DNA of 32,000 nucleotides from Candidatus Saccharimonadota bacterium (GTDB lineage Bacteria; Bacteroidota; Bacteroidia; Cytophagales; Amoebophilaceae): NCBI RefSeq assembly GCF_003351905.1, contig NZ_CP022339.1, positions 60,001 to 92,000 of the forward strand, read 5' to 3'. Shown piece by piece: positions 29,531 to 32,000 of this stretch (position 1 is its first letter; each line of letters starts with the position of its first letter). The notes under the pieces were generated by a model. It saw only the letters and a program-made list of their open reading frames with translations, ran no database searches and was not told where the DNA came from. The position numbers and the translations under genes were made by a program.

Positions 29531-32000
29531 CTTTTGCCATTTACATTGCCATACAGAATATTCCTTATTGGACGGTGCCGCCAAGGTAGAGCGGCTTATA
29601 GCGGCCAATAAACAACTGGGCATGGATGCATTGGCCATTACAGACCATGGCAATATGTTTGGGGTGCCTCATTTTGTATCTGCAGCTGCTAAGGAAGGGG
29701 TAAAACCTATTATAGGATGTGAGTTTTATATCGCACCTGACCGACATAATCATAAAGATAAAACCCGCTACCACCAGTTGTTGTTGGCCAAAAATGCTAT
29801 AGGCTATCAAAACATTACCAAATTATCTTCCCTGGGTTTTTTAGAAGGCTATTATTATAAACCCCGCATTGATAAGGCTTTGCTCAAGCAGTATAAAGAA
29901 GGCTTAATCGCCACTACCTGTTGCTTGGGTGCAGAGATTCCTAAAACCATTATTCGTTATGGTGAAGCGGCTGCAGAAAAGCTGTTTGTAGAATGGTTGG
30001 AGTTATTTGGAGCAGATTACTATATAGAATTACAACGGCATGGTATCCAAGAACAAGAAGTTTGTAATGCCGTATTGCTGCGCTGGGCAGAAAAGTATAA
30101 TGTACCAGTCATTGCTACCAATGATGTCCATTACACTACGCAACAAGATAGCCTTGCGCAGGATGTATTGCTCTGTTTACAAACTGGCAAAGATTACAAC
30201 GATCCCAATCGGATGCGTTTTAGCAACGATCAATTCTTTTTAAAGTCACCAGAAGAGATGGCGCTGCTTTTTGCAGACGTACCCGCGGCTATTACCAATA
30301 CACTTGCCTTGGTAGAAAAAATAGAAACGCCCTCTTTGACGCGCGATGTGCTGCTGCCTATTTTTCAACTGCCTAGCGGCTTTTCAGATGCCAATCGCTA
30401 TCTAAGCCATTTGGCTTTTTCCGGTGCCCGTGTTAAGTATGGAGCCATTTCTATGGAAGTAGAAAGCAGACTGAATTATGAATTGGCCATTATTGCTCAA
30501 ACCGGTTTTGCAGGCTACTTTTTAATTGTACAAGACTTTATTGAAGCAGCGGTACAATTAGGGGTTATCGTAGGTCCAGGAAGAGGGTCTGTAGCAGGTT
30601 CCCTAGTGGCTTTTTGTATAGGGATTACTAAAATAGATCCCCTGCGTTATAATTTACTTTTTGAACGCTTTCTGAATCCAGAGCGGGTTTCTATGCCCGA
30701 TATAGATGTAGACTTTGATGATGAAGGTCGTAGAAAGGTAATCGATTATGTAGTTCAAAAATATGGTCGCAACCAAGTTGCCTCTATTATTACTTTTGGT
30801 AGCATGGCGGCTAAGTCGGCTATACGTGATGTAGCACGTGTCTTGGGTCTCCCTTTGGCACGCGCCAACTATTTAACCAAGTTGATACCAGATAGGTTAG
30901 GCATTACTTTATCAGAAGCCTTTGAAGAGGTAGGGGAACTCGCTGAGCTTAAAAAAGCCATTGCCACGCCAGAAGGTAAAGTACTTGATTTAGCTGAAAC
31001 CCTGGAAGGCTTGGTGCGTCATACCGGTATCCATGCCGCAGGCATCATCATTGCACCTAATGATATTATAGATTATATCCCAATAAAAACAGATAAAAAC
31101 GCTGACTTATTGGTAACCCAATATGATGGGTCGGTATTGGAAAAGGTGGGTATGCTGAAAATGGATTTCTTAGGACTCAAGACGCTAAGTATTATTAAAG
31201 ATGCCCTGCTATTGATCCAACAAAATAGAGCCATTACCATAGATATAGATCTGATTCCATTAGATGATCCACTTACTTTTCAATTGTACCAGTCCGGTAG
31301 TACCAAAGGCACCTTTCAATTTGAATCAGAAGGCATGCGCCAATGGTTGATGAAACTGCAACCTACTACGATGGAGGAGCTTATTGCTATGAATGCACTC
31401 TATAGGCCCGGTCCTATGCAGTTTATTCCCAATTTTATTGCGCGTAAGCATGGCAAAGAAGCCATTGAATATCCACATCCACTTTTGGAAACCATTTTAA
31501 AGCCCACTTATGGCATTATGATTTACCAAGAGCAAATCATCCAAACGGCGCAAGCCATGGCAGGTTATACGCTAGCTGGTGCCGATTTATTGCGTAAGGC
31601 TATGGGTAAAAAAAATGCGACAGAAATGGCAAGGCAACGCGATGTCTTTGTAACAGGAGCAGCAAAAAAACATCAGATTCCTAAAGAAAAAGCATTGGCT
31701 ATTTTTGAGATTATGGAAAAATTTGCGCAATATGGCTTTAATCGTTCACATGCAGCGGCTTATTCGCTTATTGCCTACCAGACCGCTTATTTAAAGGCCC
31801 ATTACCCTACCGAATATATGGCTGCGGTATTGACGCATAACCAGGGTGATATGGATAAAATTACTTTCTTTATGGAAGAGAGCCGCCAGCAAGGGCTCTC
31901 TGTATTAGGCCCTGATATCAATGCAAGTCAAGTAAATTTTAGTGCTGGTCTCCATAAAGAAATACGATTTGGATTGGGGGCGATTAAAGGAGCGGGCGAA
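29520..32000 (+). CDS. dnaE: DNA polymerase III alpha subunit, 5' partial (827 codons; continues past the window end)
   Basis: Not in the ORF track because there is no stop in the window. My translation from ATG ATG at 29520 begins MMHNFCHLHCHTEYSLLDGAAKVERLIAANKQLGMDALAITDHGNMFGVPHF (PHP domain). Later motifs: GRGSVAGSLVAFCIGITKIDP, SMPDIDVDFDD, GTFQFESEGM, ALYRPGPM, YGFNRSHAAAYSLIAYQTAYLKAHYP. The frame is open to position 32000. Confidence 0.95.
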   Translation, partial: MMHNFCHLHCHTEYSLLDGAAKVERLIAANKQLGMDALAITDHGNMFGVPHFVSAAAKEGVKPIIGCEFYIAPDRHNHKDKTRYHQLLLAKNAIGYQNITKLSSLGFLEGYYYKPRIDKALLKQYKEGLIATTCCLGAEIPKTIIRYGEAAAEKLFVEWLELFGADYYIELQRHGIQEQEVCNAVLLRWAEKYNVPVIATNDVHYTTQQDSLAQDVLLCLQTGKDYNDPNRMRFSNDQFFLKSPEEMALLFADVPAAITNTLALVEKIETPSLTRDVLLPIFQLPSGFSDANRYLSHLAFSGARVKYGAISMEVESRLNYELAIIAQTGFAGYFLIVQDFIEAAVQLGVIVGPGRGSVAGSLVAFCIGITKIDPLRYNLLFERFLNPERVSMPDIDVDFDDEGRRKVIDYVVQKYGRNQVASIITFGSMAAKSAIRDVARVLGLPLARANYLTKLIPDRLGITLSEAFEEVGELAELKKAIATPEGKVLDLAETLEGLVRHTGIHAAGIIIAPNDIIDYIPIKTDKNADLLVTQYDGSVLEKVGMLKMDFLGLKTLSIIKDALLLIQQNRAITIDIDLIPLDDPLTFQLYQSGSTKGTFQFESEGMRQWLMKLQPTTMEELIAMNALYRPGPMQFIPNFIARKHGKEAIEYPHPLLETILKPTYGIMIYQEQIIQTAQAMAGYTLAGADLLRKAMGKKNATEMARQRDVFVTGAAKKHQIPKEKALAIFEIMEKFAQYGFNRSHAAAYSLIAYQTAYLKAHYPTEYMAAVLTHNQGDMDKITFFMEESRQQGLSVLGPDINASQVNFSAGLHKEIRFGLGAIKGAGE

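Noticed and set aside
29462-30243. ORFs 29462..29653(-), 29565..29810(-) and 30040..30243(+)
   Set aside because: They are antisense or out of frame within the unmistakable dnaE reading frame that starts at 29520.

Overview
AT-rich window, by eye about one-third GC. It looks like a Bacteroidota genome, probably from an IS-laden intracellular symbiont; the organism call is inference only.

Left 13 kb, all minus strand: a tightly packed Bacteroides-conjugative-transposon-type (MPF-B) type IV secretion operon. Reading in transcription order it holds TraE-like, TraF-like, TraG/VirB4 ATPase, TraJ, TraK, TraN-like and TraM-like genes, followed by a secreted coiled-coil protein. Upstream of it and co-oriented are:
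- an 844-aa repeat-plus-coiled-coil lipoprotein
- a small beta-barrel OMP
- an ankyrin + RING-H2 (eukaryote-like E3 ligase) protein with a lipoprotein signal
- a type IV coupling protein that has lost its N-terminus to an IS256-family element (13263..14610)

The other side of that IS abuts a 3' remnant of comM.

The rest of the window is mostly core genes:
- prfB, with its +1 frameshift site CTT TGA C
- an Lrp/AsnC regulator
- pgk
- tRNA-His
- the 5' 2.5 kb of dnaE, which runs off the window and is absent from the ORF track

These are interleaved with accessory or decayed material:
- one intact Rpn/PD-(D/E)XK 'transposase' carrying a 12-bp x7 in-frame repeat, plus two Rpn fragments
- a solo IS256-like end
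- an IS481/IS3-type HTH remnant
- an 86-bp dispersed repeat
- a frameshifted HhH/beta-barrel gene
- a secreted PLD/Nuc nuclease
- several orphan secreted or coiled-coil proteins

I saw no CRISPR array, rRNA, or recognisable restriction-modification or toxin-antitoxin module.

The most interesting candidate is the streamlined T4SS locus. It has a broken coupling protein, no relaxase in view, and embedded eukaryote-like or secreted cargo.
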